DNA of 61,690 nt, filler included, from Basidiobolus ranarum (taxonomy: Eukaryota), in assembly GCA_040143965.1 (NCBI GenBank). It is 7 parts of 7 records of this genome, joined end to end, with 100 filler letters (N's around TTAATTAATTAA, not from the genome) between each part and the next. Parts side by side here need not be neighbours in the genome. Positions count along the whole stretch, not along the records: positions 44,159 to 52,876 come from JASJQH010000933.1; positions 52,977 to 61,690 come from JASJQH010000934.1; 5 more parts are not named here. One strand, written 5' to 3'. Below the pieces are notes generated by a model, which worked only from the letters and a program-made list of their open reading frames with translations, had not been told where the DNA came from and did no database searches. Positions 49,689-61,690 of the stretch are shown here, in pieces. The translations under genes were made by a program, and so were the position numbers. Numbering within the stretch: position 1 is the stretch's first letter; each line of letters opens with the position of its first letter.

Positions 49689-51871
49689 AATGTTTAAAGT
49701 CGATAGAACAAGCAGGAGTTGAGGCGGGATATTATGCCAGACGAATAAAATTGAAATCTTGAGATTTCTTTGGACAATTTTAAGAAATCTGGGGCAACTA
49801 ATTCAATCATTGCATGGGCGGAAGATCCCGGAAAAGGAAAAGTTTGATATGATAGTTGTCCCCAAACCTCTTCATCCTATAGTTTCAGCAAGCAGTCAAT
49901 CTTTGGGGTATGACTCTATTACCAGTATGCATTCTTATCAGGAAAATTGTACTCTAATCACTGGGCTCATACTCTGAAAGCGATAAAAATTTATCAAATT
50001 TGTTTAAATAAGTCCCAATTTCACTTTAGTTTTCAACGATTAATTGCAACAAGCCAAAGTAGTATAAACACCAAAATTTACATGTTGGTATATTTAACAT
50101 TTCATCTCTGAAAATGGGAATTTAATAGATTGGAATGTTACGACATCAAGCTATGAAGTGGAGAATGAATGATAAGCATTTTACCAAACGTACTTGAACT
50201 AAAAGTTGATGTAGCTGCACCTAACACACCCTCAAAGATTACTATGATAGAGTTCTCAGTATTTTCGTTGGAAATTTAGTGCCTCCAAATGCAGGCTTGC
50301 TAAGCATTTGAATAACTGTGGTAATCTACTTCTGTGATTCGATTCCCAGGGCAATAAATTTAGTATACAATGGCCATCACATCCTCATTGCCTGATGATC
50401 TCTTCCAACTGAAGTCAAGAATGCAACATTCAAACTCGATTGGAGGCACAGCCGGCCATCAAATCGTTGGGTTCATTAAGATTGTCTTTAGTTAACGTAT
50501 CATCCTTGTATCAAAAGTTGCGTTATATTTCTAACTACAAGACGTATTACATTATATATTGTTTTCTTCTACACATAAGATTGAATATGAAAATACCACA
50601 GTAAGAGCATATTATTTATTCAGCATCTCTAACAAAGAAGTCGGTAAATAACTTTCAGTTGATATCATTTTAACACCATGGCTGTGCTAAGAGCTCAAGT
50701 AAATACTCTTCATAGCTTAAATTCACTGTATCGTCTATCGGCTTATTAATCTTTCGCTCAAGTAGCAAGTATCGAATGAGAAATTATTGCATCTCACAAC
50801 CTTATGCAGAGTAAGCTATTAAGAGAAAGGGGGTTGCATTTAAATTTATTACTGTAGGAAGTGAATGCCTACGTAACAGGACTCACTTCACTAGAGAGCT
50901 CAAGACCAAATTGCATTAATGCAAAATGTGGTTACCAATATAATCCCTCCCATTTGCAACACTTCACCAAAGAGTACGCAAAACCAGTCACCCTATATAA
51001 GACCCAGTTTCAAGCTAAGTGGTATTAAATGAAAAAGGAATAGGGTCGACCTAAGCTTCCTGAATAGCGTTAGATCAACAGAATTACAGATCACACAATT
51101 CATGGATGCAGTATAATAGAATTCAATGCCACTTCTCGCTGATCGTGCACTTTCACGTCCAAACTTGATCCAGGCTTGCTTAATCTAATGCACGGAGGGT
51201 TATCCATAGACGCCAATGAAAAGCGTGAACATTTAGTGATTTCATCAGGCACATGATGCCACCATTACAGTTAAGCAGGAGATGCTTCAATGAGACCACC
51301 ATAGCCATCACCTCATAAAGCCCCATTATATTGTGCATTCATCAGTCAATCTCAAACTGCAATCGGTGTGTCCAAGCACATCAAAATACTAGAGATAGTT
51401 AGATCCACAATCCTCTAGTTTCATATCGCAGCTTAGGGCTGCAAATAGTATCTTATTGCCAAGCGGTGTCACTGTGTGAGACAAGACAGTTTTAGATTCT
51501 ACAAAATAGCGCCCCTTCAATGTCATTTACGTCATAGCAGCTGAGTGTTGTCTGGAAAATGACCCACTGATCACTATCGTTTATTAAGGCTACATACTGA
51601 ATAAGTAATGTTTCTCGGCTGACTTTGGCTCGTATCACCAGGCCAACTAGATTCGTGGTAAGCACGTTCACTTCTTTTGACTTGAAAATAGAAGTGTGAC
51701 AGCACTGTGCATGGCCCATCCAGATCAAAGACAGATCAGACAATCCACTTTAACCACGAATTCTGAATCGATACATCTAGATTCAAGACTAAATATCGTT
51801 GCTGGCACCGATATCATCAAATGACTGTTCAAAACATGTTGAAAGAATGTTAACGGCTCTGATGGCTGGCT

Positions 51872-52739
51872 TTAATAGTTCAATTTTGGTGGATGATCGC
51901 GGTTCCACTTGTTGTTCACATGATTCGAACATAAGATCGAAACCACGATCAGAATGAGGCAAGGCAATAGAGAAGAAAATGCACAAACATAGAATATTTG
52001 TAATGTGTACGCACTAAAGCGATAGTATTTTCCCAGGCATCCAGGCAGTAAGCTTCTAGTGAAGCATTTCTTGGATAAGGTTGGCCGGTCTAGTGGTCCC
52101 TGGAATCCGCAGCAATGCAACTATGTTTGGGAGGCAGTCAGTATAGATAACGGTGGAGGGTAAAAAAAACTCACATACATTGTTTTGAATGGTCAATCTC
52201 TCCTGGGACCCAAGGTTCCGCCACTGGCTCCCCAACTTAGCTCGAAGATTCCACAAAGAGCGTTTATAGGCCATATATCCGATAGAAGCGACAAGAGCAA
52301 CCAGTAGCCATTGGGACATTGCCCATATACTCAGAATCTTGCGATTGTTCATGTATGTCCCGTAGTAGCCTAGTAGGGCACTTATGATCATGAGAAATCC
52401 AGTCAGCGTAGTGACAATCAGAATGCCCTTATTACTCACAACGACTACCTCTGCACGGAGATAACCATTTGCCCAGGTAACCAACGAGAGTGTGAATCCT
52501 ACTAACCCAATAAGAAATTGCTGATATGGATATATCGAGTGAGGAAAATGAAATCAAACATTAGGTAAGTTTGAAGAGGTTACCATAGAGTTTGCAAGAA
52601 AGATTAGCCACTTGTACCGATTCCAGGATTGTATTGGTCGGTATGTTACTTTATTCAAGTATCGTGTATTTGCCCGATTGGGGAGTTGGTGAATTCTGCG
52701 AGTATTGAGACCTCCCAGCTCTCTGATTTGAGCTACCAT
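51872..52739 (-). CDS. Fungal tetraspanin, Tsp2 type (3 exons)
   Basis: WNRYKWLIF, four TM segments, large loop NLRAKL..QW...ERLTIQNN/LHCCGF...CFTRSLLPGC, C-terminal ILCSNHV. Confidence 0.85.
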
Positions 52740-52876
52740 GATAGTAAATATGAGAGGGTTTAGACGAAAGATGTTATCGCTAAGATATGTTATGCTTTCA
52801 CAAAAAGTTCACAGGAAAACCGAGCATTACAACTGATACTGTTCAAGAATTATAACCGACAGATAGATGTGAAATA

Positions 52877-52976
52877 NNNNNNNNNNNNNNNNNNNNNNNN
52901 NNNNNNNNNNNNNNNNNNNNTTAATTAATTAANNNNNNNNNNNNNNNNNNNNNNNNNNNNNNNNNNNNNNNNNNNN
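52877..52976. other. Artificial contig spacer
   Basis: 44N + TTAATTAATTAA + 44N. Confidence 0.98.
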
Positions 52977-54273
52977 TGACATTTAGGTCAGGTGTATGCT
53001 CATGAAAACCGTTTCCTGCTCTTTATTGGATGAATTTATCTTAAAACTCCAATGATGAGAGGAAATTAGTTCAACATCTTTATTAAGGCATAGCGAACAA
53101 CACGTTTACCCTGTTTATTTTCTGGTTCACCTACCGTATTATATACTTTTGCTCCTGCTACGTAGTAGGTAACTCATCATGCTTCGAGTATGATGACTGA
53201 TCACCAAGTCATGTACGTGTTCATGAGTATTGAGATTTCATGACTTCTGAAGACCTCTGTATCAATTATGGATTACCTAGGTTTATAACGTTGAGTTTTG
53301 GACTCGCTTAATCCGTAAGAGTTTTAATTGAAGGATGTTTAGAGGTTCCTACTGCAAATTGATTACAACCAAACCCTGGCCTGACTGAGGAAAATAGAAT
53401 TCAGTTAAGATGAACAAAAAAACGGCAGATGATGTTGAACTGAATGCACATTAGTTGTTCATATTAATTGGATATGTGACTGACTCTCCTTAATTACATC
53501 AACAATTAAAAGTGATGAATTTAGCCTCTGAAGACTTAAATCAGCAACCTGATAAAGGATTAGATAAATCGTCAAAACATGATTTTTGCCAGTCACAAGG
53601 TATGTACCCTCAAAGCTACCTCCCAGATTGTGGGGGCAATCTCCCATACAATTGGTATGGATGGATCCTTAGGCTCTGGTGGTGCTTTAGTCTTTCCCTT
53701 TCCAGTCACAACCCACAGTCAAACTTGAAAAGTCCATGTTTCATGCTTAGTTGCCATAATCACTTGGACCTGCTCGTTATGGTCAATCGCTCGGGAAGAC
53801 TCATGTACATACTAAGGCTACTTTGTAATAAGTGTGAATGGGTCAAGTGATATCATATTCACTACAGAAGATTTTAGGGATTGTAATGTAAAGGATATGC
53901 TTTGACTAATTCAATTCTTCAGTGATTCAGTTTTAAATACTCAGTTTCAAAGCGAGTGATGTACTGTAAGCAACTATGATGTGTTGGTAAGTTGCATACT
54001 GCTCCGCAGAAAAATAAAAATGAAATACAAGACTCACAGAATGATTGCTTCAGCCAACCTAAGTTTAACTTAAACCCTGTGAATACTTGGGTAATTTTCC
54101 GACTGGATGGATGTTTTACAAGGATGGCATAATATCCATCATCACATTGGTACAGATAATTAACCAACAGCTATGGAAAATTTTCAATGCAAATCTGTTT
54201 ATTTTCAAAATATTTACAATATAAATTGGAGTCATTAGACTGTTAACTTGATTTGTGGAGGCTCCGAGGATTC

Positions 54274-54912
54274 TCATTGATCAATCTCCATGTTATTTTC
54301 AAGCTCATCGTCGTCCTGAATTTCATAAATAGTGGCATGTCCCGGCTGCTCAAGATTATGCTGGTAATGAAGTGAAGGTTGGTATGGTACTAGTTGCATT
54401 GCACCAAGGTCTAAATTTGACGGAGGTAGTCCAGTGTATGGGCCAAAATTAGCAGGTATGTTAAGTAGTATACGAAGGTTCTCATCAGGAATTGGCAAGG
54501 GTTGTTTGTGACTAACTAAAGCTCTGCTTTGGTCAGTCGAACGAATGTTTGAAGTGCAAGGCCGAGGCGATGTGGATGGTATTTGTTGCAGTACTTCACC
54601 ACTGGTAATGTCGACGATACAAGGTTCTGTCTGGTTGATCATTTTCTCAGAACTCTCGAAGTCACCAAAACGACCACGTTTTGAAGATAAGGGCCCTTGT
54701 AAACAGGGATCTGATTGTGTAAACTCTTCATCATAAGAACGCTTAAACAGACTTGGGTTGGGTGATTCTACTTTGGAATATTCTTGTGAGCGCCTCTTCT
54801 TACGTGAGCCAAAAGAATCCTCCTCATAGAAGCTGCGCTTAAAGTTTAAGCTGTTTTCATTACTGTAAGTGAAGCTACTCTGATTGTTACTAGGATACTG
54901 AGCGGAGAGCAT
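54274..54912 (-). CDS. Disordered, probably nuclear protein of unknown function (212 aa)
   Basis: Intact ORF from ATG 54912. Two repeats of FKRS(F/Y)..E...S.K..R; MQLVPYQP motif; acidic MEIDQ end. Confidence 0.65.
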   Translation of the reverse strand: MLSAQYPSNNQSSFTYSNENSLNFKRSFYEEDSFGSRKKRRSQEYSKVESPNPSLFKRSYDEEFTQSDPCLQGPLSSKRGRFGDFESSEKMINQTEPCIVDITSGEVLQQIPSTSPRPCTSNIRSTDQSRALVSHKQPLPIPDENLRILLNIPANFGPYTGLPPSNLDLGAMQLVPYQPSLHYQHNLEQPGHATIYEIQDDDELENNMEIDQ

Positions 54913-55686
54913 TGTATGCAGTAAGTAATGTGATAGATCTACTGGATCTGGATGTATGTCTAGGTTGTAGGTGTGATCAAAATCTTTGAAACGAGAATCG
55001 GCACTCTTTATAGTGATATCTAACGCGACGCGATATGTCCAACAACTTGTAGGTCTTTCGAGAGGGTTCTCCAACAATCTATTGGATCCGCGATAGAACT
55101 GATTGGGGGATCATTACCCAAGCTTAGTTACCTTCAAACATAAACCTTCTAAATCTGATTCGTAACTAACCCTCATTCTAAAACTATTACTTTCCATATA
55201 AGACAACGCTGTCTGCAAGTGACTCACTGACTCAGTGCTTCGAAAACTAGTTCCCCATTAGTTAACCAATGCTAATTCCTAGAAGCATCTCGATGATTTC
55301 TTTTTTCGTTTCTTAGTTTCATAGCACTCTTAGCATCGTTGGTATCGATTTAGTAATATTAAATATGTACGGCTCAATCAACCACATGATCAATGTATAT
55401 TTGCTCCATCGAACCAAGGCCAGATGGAACAAGTCCAGTTACTTCCATTCTAACCTATAATGATTTAGCTTAAACACAAAGTGATGCAATCATCGTACAT
55501 TCGACTGCCTCTTGTATTGATTGTTGAAAATGTTCAAATATCAATGAAAGGACAGATACTGTTTGCTTTGACTAGTGCTCAGTGTTGTTTATGTATTGAG
55601 TTTTCAGTCTTATTTTATATTTATGGGCTCGTACGTGTAAACAAGTGAGGGAATACAGGAGAGATAACAAAAGTAAACATGTGGAT

Positions 55687-57142
55687 TTATGTAAGTTTGG
55701 CTGCCTTCTCATAGAGTGATTCAACAACTAAACTCATCTGCTTCAAAGTGTCAAGGGATGCTTCATATGTCTTATCCACTGCTGGTTCTTCGAACACAAT
55801 TAGGCAACCAGCTCCCTGATCTAAAATACCGTGGAACACTTTATCGAGAATCATTTGAGATAACTTGGTCTCAACTTGTGCTGTGGGTAGTTTAACCATT
55901 TCAGCGATGTGAGATATCTCCACTTTAGAAAATGGCTCAATGATGCGAACCAAGTTTTGTTCTTGCAGAGTGTCATAAAGGGAAGCCAATTGGGAACGAA
56001 TGATAGGATCCTTTCCAAGCTCTTCGTTGTAAGTAGCCAATGCATGCTCAAATTCTAGAAGAGAACGATTCTTGTGTGCGGTAGCTACAGCCTTCATAGC
56101 ATCTACTTCACGTCCAGCATAACGAAGTGCAAGTTTTCCACTAACGATATTGTGAACATCATCGGCTGAGCCTATCATGATCTTGCATAAAAGCATATAC
56201 TTGAGAGCAAGTACTGCCTTAGGGTGATCGAGAGAAGAATATCCTTCAAATGTCTCATAAAAGTATGAATATGCTGTTTTGTAGTCCTTTTCTTCGGCGT
56301 GAAGAATGCCGGATTGCATATCGAGTGCAGCTTGGAGTAATGGAGGGCAATAGATAGCATTAGCAGAAGTTCTAGCGGATGTTAAAGCGGCTCTAGCTTT
56401 GGGTAAACTTCTTAAGGCGTGACAGACTTGACTTTCGAGTAACTGAACTTCAATCAATACCATCTTGTCATCTAAACGTTTTAATTCTTTTAAAAGAGTA
56501 GAGATCAACTGAAGTGATTCAGTGTACATTTTGTTGTCAAGATATAAAGCAACGAGGCGGGTTTCCAAAGACTGCTTCAAGAAAATACGTTTGTCTTCAA
56601 TGCACCATTGAATGTTTTCTTTGCAAATGGAGATTTGCAAGTCGAGGGAGTTTGGAATGCCAGAGAAACTGTCAACAAGTGTTTTAACTTGATGCAAAGA
56701 GAATATAAGTGGATTGTACTTCAATTATGATAAAGTACTCGAAAGATTACGTACTAAGTTTAGCAGATTTCGCTTTGGGAATAGAAGCTAGGAAGGAACG
56801 TGAATTACGGATCAATTCCGAGAGTTCAGTTGGTAAGCTAGAAAGTAAATTTACAGGTGAACATAATTCATTTTGTTCTGTTCAAATAGGAAATACAATA
56901 TTTACTTGAGTTGTTGGTAAAGCTCCCCTAATTTCAATAAAGATTGCTCCTTTATCTTGACAGATTCTTCCTTGGACACTATCATAGAAAGAGAGTATTA
57001 AGACTCATGAACTTAAATAAAGTAAGCAAAATACTTTAAAACCTGATTCATCAGCAAGAAGGCGTTTGTAAATTTCCACTGCTTTCTCAGGAGAAGTTTG
57101 CGCAGTTTCTCCAGCGAGTCTTAGTTCGTCTTGTACTGACAT
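55687..57142 (-). CDS. RPN6: 26S proteasome lid subunit Rpn6/PSMD11, multi-exon
   Basis: [63 protein letters not shown] domain [18 protein letters not shown]. Confidence 0.97.
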
Positions 57143-57410
57143 TTTGGATTTATTTTGTTAAAGTGAAGTGTTACAACTGATACGACTAAAGGGTGATAAT
57201 AGTACAGTCAATATTCTACCTTTAGCCCACGTTATCAATCCATCCTTATTTTCTCTTGTTAATTGCTCACGTATACTTTGATTACGCAATAATCAATGAA
57301 ATGCATCACGTGATCTTATATTTGCTTTCGTAAAGCATTTTTTGAGTAGGATTCATAACACACTCAATAAAGCTCATACAGCTAACGTATATCTTAGTTG
57401 TATTCGCAAA
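57143..57410. promoter_or_regulatory. Putative bidirectional promoter between RPN6 and RPN7
   Basis: 268 bp between divergent ATGs. CACGT cores at ~57228 and ~57268, palindrome ATCACGTGAT at 57305-57314, ATTACGCAAT at 57281-57290. Confidence 0.6.
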
Positions 57411-58688
57411 ATGTCAGAAGGTCCCATCGCTAAAATTCCCAACTTGGATTTGGCACACTACCGATTCATAATTCATAATGGTTCTGAGGACCTCCGTGAA
57501 GATGCTAAACAAAAACTCTTTGAAGGAATCAAAGAAAACAGTAAGTAGATTGTGACGAATATTTAAGCTATACTTCTTGACCTAACTATTCCTTTCAATA
57601 TATAGACATGGCACCATTCTATCGTCTCATGTGCGAAGAACTGAAAGTATCTATTGATGATTCTTTATTAGAAAGCATGGAAAAGGTCAACGAGGAGGAG
57701 ATTCAAAAGCTTGACGAGAAACTTCAAGATGCCGAGCAGAACGCCGGTGAAACTGAAGTTAGTGATGTACTCTTGGCTAAAGCTGAACTTTATGCAAAGA
57801 TTGGTGACAAGGTATGAAACTCTTTTGGCCTTTTTTTATGTAGATAGTTCTAATTCTTTTTGTTAGGAAAAAGCTTTGAAGGCTTATAAAGTTGCTTATG
57901 AGAAGAATGCCACAGTAGGTTATCGATTGGATATTATATTTGCTTTTATCAGAATCGGACTCTTCTACTCGGATAACGATCTGATCAGTCGCAACATTGA
58001 GAAAGCCAAAGGAATCATTGAAGAGGGGGGTGATTGGGATCGTAGAAATCGTCTTAAGGTTTATAACGCTACCTATTTGATGTCCATTCGTGACTTCAAA
58101 GGAGCATCTGGCCTTTATCTTGACACACTCTCCACTTTTACATCAACTGAACTCATGGAGTACAAGGAATTTGTCAAATATGCCGTATTAACTAGCGCTA
58201 TTAGTTTGAGCCGCGTGGATATGAAGAAAAAGGTCCTCGAAGCACCTGAGGTCTTGGAAGTTCTGCACGAAATCCCAGGATTGGAGGACTATATCACCTC
58301 TCTTTATAACGGCAACTACGCCAAATTCTTCCAATCTCTGGCTTTAATGGAAGAGAAGTACCTCAAAGCATCTCGTTTACTGTTCCCTCATATGAGATTC
58401 TATGTTCGCGAAATGCGCATTATCGCATATGCTCAGTTGTTGGAATCCTATCGCAGTCTTACTATTGAAAGCATGGCCACTGCTTTTGGTGTTAGTGAAG
58501 AATTTATTGACAATGATTTGTCGAAGTTCATTTCTGCTGGTAGACTTAACTGTGTGATTGACAAAGTAAATGGTATTGTAGAGACCAATCGTCCAGATAA
58601 CAAGAATGCTCAATATCAGCAAAGCATCAAGCAAGGTGATTTACTTCTCAATCGGATCCAAAAGCTCAGTCGTGTCATCAACGTCTAA
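57411..58688 (+). CDS. RPN7: 26S proteasome lid subunit Rpn7/PSMD6 (3 exons)
   Basis: [66 protein letters not shown]. Confidence 0.97.
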
Positions 58689-59312
58689 ATCATTCCCCAC
58701 TACTTGCCTTTACGAACCATCAATTTTCCATCGTTCTATAACATTCTTTTTATATATATGTCGTCTGAGTTTTAACCAATAAACCCATTTACTTTGGAAA
58801 TTTGCGAGCACGGTCATATTCTACACCTTACAATAGGCAGCCAGGAAACAGCCTACTGATATGAATGTCAGTGCTATGCTATAATGCAGTCACCTTTGGC
58901 TTCTTAGTTTCAAAGAAGATACGAATATAGTTTGAATGGTTACATATATCTTCACTACATCGCCTTCCATCACGCACCGTAGCCCACCCTCCTCAACTAG
59001 GAACGATATCCGCAGGTCAAAGAGATATTTCTAGCCAATGAATAATAGATAGAATATGATCATTTTCACCACCAAATCACGATGTTAGTACTCCATTAGT
59101 ACGGAATATTATTTGGTTGGTGAATATCTGTGCCATCAACGTGACTGAATTGCGGTGGATTGATGGAACCCAATTTCTTTATAAGTCACATTCCATTGAA
59201 AATTCTCTACACTAAACCGGAGTCTTGGAAGCTCATAGCGTAATCACCACACTCATCAGTGAGGCAACATCCGTACTAACTTTAGCCTTCTATTTCATCT
59301 CTTTTCCTTAAT

Positions 59313-60434
59313 ATGGCTGTTGAAGCAATTGAACTCCCGGTTATCGGCCCCTCTTCATCTGCTCAATCGGCTGTTTATAGTACAGTTGCCCCACCGCTCC
59401 GAGTGCCCAAAACTGGTAAAAAGATCTACTTCCAACGTGACTCTTTGAAGTCAAGGGAGGCGCGCGGCAAAGAAGGTAGTCGTCGTCGGAATCGTTATGA
59501 TAACGGTATGTATCTGAGTTCTTTAGCAGAACTGTCTTATAGTAGCTAGTATTTCTATCAATTATTTCATGTTTACTCGTTATGAAGTCCTAGTAGTTGT
59601 AGGAAAAAGTAGCGAGTACACATTTCCAAGAATATTCGTCATGTAGGCGGTTTATTCTGAATTCTTATACTTTTCTATATATATCTCATTGTTTCCTCTT
59701 CTATCGCATGTTTATCCTTATGCCGGCTGAATCGTGCGTTATAGATCATTTCACTTATCTACCGCAAGCCATACTAAATCCTAAGGACCTGGTTCCTCCT
59801 GGTTATCCGGTTGAGGCACCCCGCTTTCATTTCAAATACGATCGTGCTATGGAACAGCTACTTCAACATAGTTTTATCCATGACATTGATTTGCGTACTA
59901 TAGAAAGATCACCCTCCAAATATCCGGAATCACAACGCTATATAGATCGCTCTATCCGTCGCGAGCTTAAGAAAGCGCATGTATCAGAGGGAGTTGTAGA
60001 AAAATATGAATTCGAGATTATTGAGTTTGTTAAGCAATTAGTAAATACCGAAAATGATCAGTTTGAGATTGTGGACACTCCTGATGATATTAGTGATCAT
60101 GAGAGTGTCGAATCGGATTCCGATGATGACTTGCTGTTACCTAGCTCTCTGGCGAATCAGCATCTCTTCTTGGTGATGGATATTCAAGACAGTCAAATTC
60201 GATTTATTGTTCATGCCATATGCCAATATTATCAGCTGGTATCATTTAGTGAGTCTTGCTCATATTTCTGAAAATTCACACTATTGGACACTAACTCGTT
60301 GAATGCTCATAGGTAATAATACTAAATGTGGTCGTCGTTTGACTTATATATGTCATCCGCGCCTTGTTTTCCCCAACTCCCCCAAAGTACCTGGTATCCG
60401 AGAGCAAACATTTTATCAGTTTGTATTTCTTTAA
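59313..60434 (+). CDS. R3H-associated/R3H domain protein (R3HDM4-like), 3 exons
   Basis: GKEGSRRRNRYDN/DHF (R3H-associated N-terminal motif); IQDSQIRFIVHAICQYYQLVSFS (R-x3-H); stop at 60432-60434 after intron 2. Confidence 0.75.
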
Positions 60435-61690
60435 TGGTCAACTACCTCCCTGTTGATTTATTATAAAATTAGTTCTATGGCAGGTCCTCATGTATACCTC
60501 TCTTTCCATTTGAGATGGGTTGTATCTCAAGATACCATTTATCGTCTATAGACAATGTCGTACCTATAGCGACAACTTCATTGCGATTAATAAACTTTGG
60601 GGGGAGGCATTCCTCTGATAACTAAATTGTGTGGACTTAGTACTTGGTATTTGTGAAGCCCCAGCAGAAGATATTGTTAACTGAAGACCAAGTTAAGTAT
60701 CGTATAGTGAATAGTTGAAGAAAGTGCTGTCCATATACCACAACAACTCTAGCGATCATAATTACCAAATTGGTTTATTTCGATGTTTGTCATGCATTTT
60801 CCACCTTTTCTGCATTCAACAGTACACCCCATTTTTTACTCATTCTACTAGGCTAAAACTCGGCTAATCCTTGTTTTTCTGGTTATAGAGGTACACTGGT
60901 CGATAGTTTACTTTTTTCACTACACTTGCTTACCTAGTATCACCCGACGTACAAGATACAGTGGAGATCGCTTCCCAAATAGCCCTAGGCTTCTTGTTAT
61001 TCTTCACAAGTAGAGCTTAGTTGTAACTGGTGTCAGAATCAGCCCTTGTCATGTAATAATTTTTTTATACATGTACATGAGCCTCATGTCAGCATCGTCT
61101 AGGGAAAGTAACTTGAAGGTCGTTCTATGGCAACACAAGGTCACAAGATTATCATTTAAAGTAGTGCTAGGCTATGACGCAGATCTAATCACTCCTGCAA
61201 ACTCTGACAAGATCGGTACGCACGTGCTCAAACATAATCAACCTTTCCTTTTCAAGTTCCATTTGAGCAAAACAATTGACTGGGTACCGCAGCTTCGTTT
61301 ATCAATGGATTCTACTCGTTAAATCGATACTCACAACCCCAAATCACGTCTGATATAATCTTATATCGTAGGGTAAATAGTTGTTGCTGTTCTCAACTAT
61401 GAGTCAAAACGAATCACTATCAATCAGTTTCCCTTATTCGAGGGTGATTCTTTATTGGAATCTTTGTGTGCTATTGGCCAATTTGAATTAGCTTCTATCA
61501 TTTATTGTCCATCAGTAACACTGGCTTAGCTACAGCCACCCTTCGTTGACTTCGCTTTATCCTTAATACTCTTTCCTTCTTAACAATATGAAATATAGAT
61601 CAACCCGTATTAGTTCTTGAGCAATCCGCTCTTCTTTATCGATTTTTGGCCATTTTTAGGGTTTTTTGACGATTACTCAAAAAACTACCT

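Overview
Eukaryotic, fungal genomic DNA: AT-rich, short spliceosomal introns with CTAAC-type branch points, and a gene set resembling an early-diverging 'zygomycete' such as Basidiobolus (organism is inference). The window is not one locus. Seven contigs of 8739, 8737, 8733, 8728, 8721, 8718 and 8714 bp, sorted by length, are joined by artificial 100-nt spacers (44 N + TTAATTAATTAA + 44 N), so no neighbourhood can be inferred across spacers. Housekeeping and conserved genes: TES1-like thioesterase, IMP3, partial EFR3, a P450, HAP2/NF-YA, RPL19, a Yap1/Pap1 bZIP, a CRAL-TRIO protein, an SMS-family synthase, ATP7, a Tsp2 tetraspanin, a head-to-head RPN6/RPN7 pair and an R3H protein. The standout is contig 1: an array of intronless, signal-peptide-bearing, bacterial-type CHAP peptidoglycan hydrolase genes. 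It has two intact, nearly identical copies, one copy missing its catalytic core, and a further orphan 3' flank, and is a candidate horizontally acquired antibacterial effector system. Inside the array lies an intact ORF for a single-RecA-domain DEAH pseudo-helicase (DEAH changed to DQAH). Family assignments come from motif recognition by eye; no searches were run.
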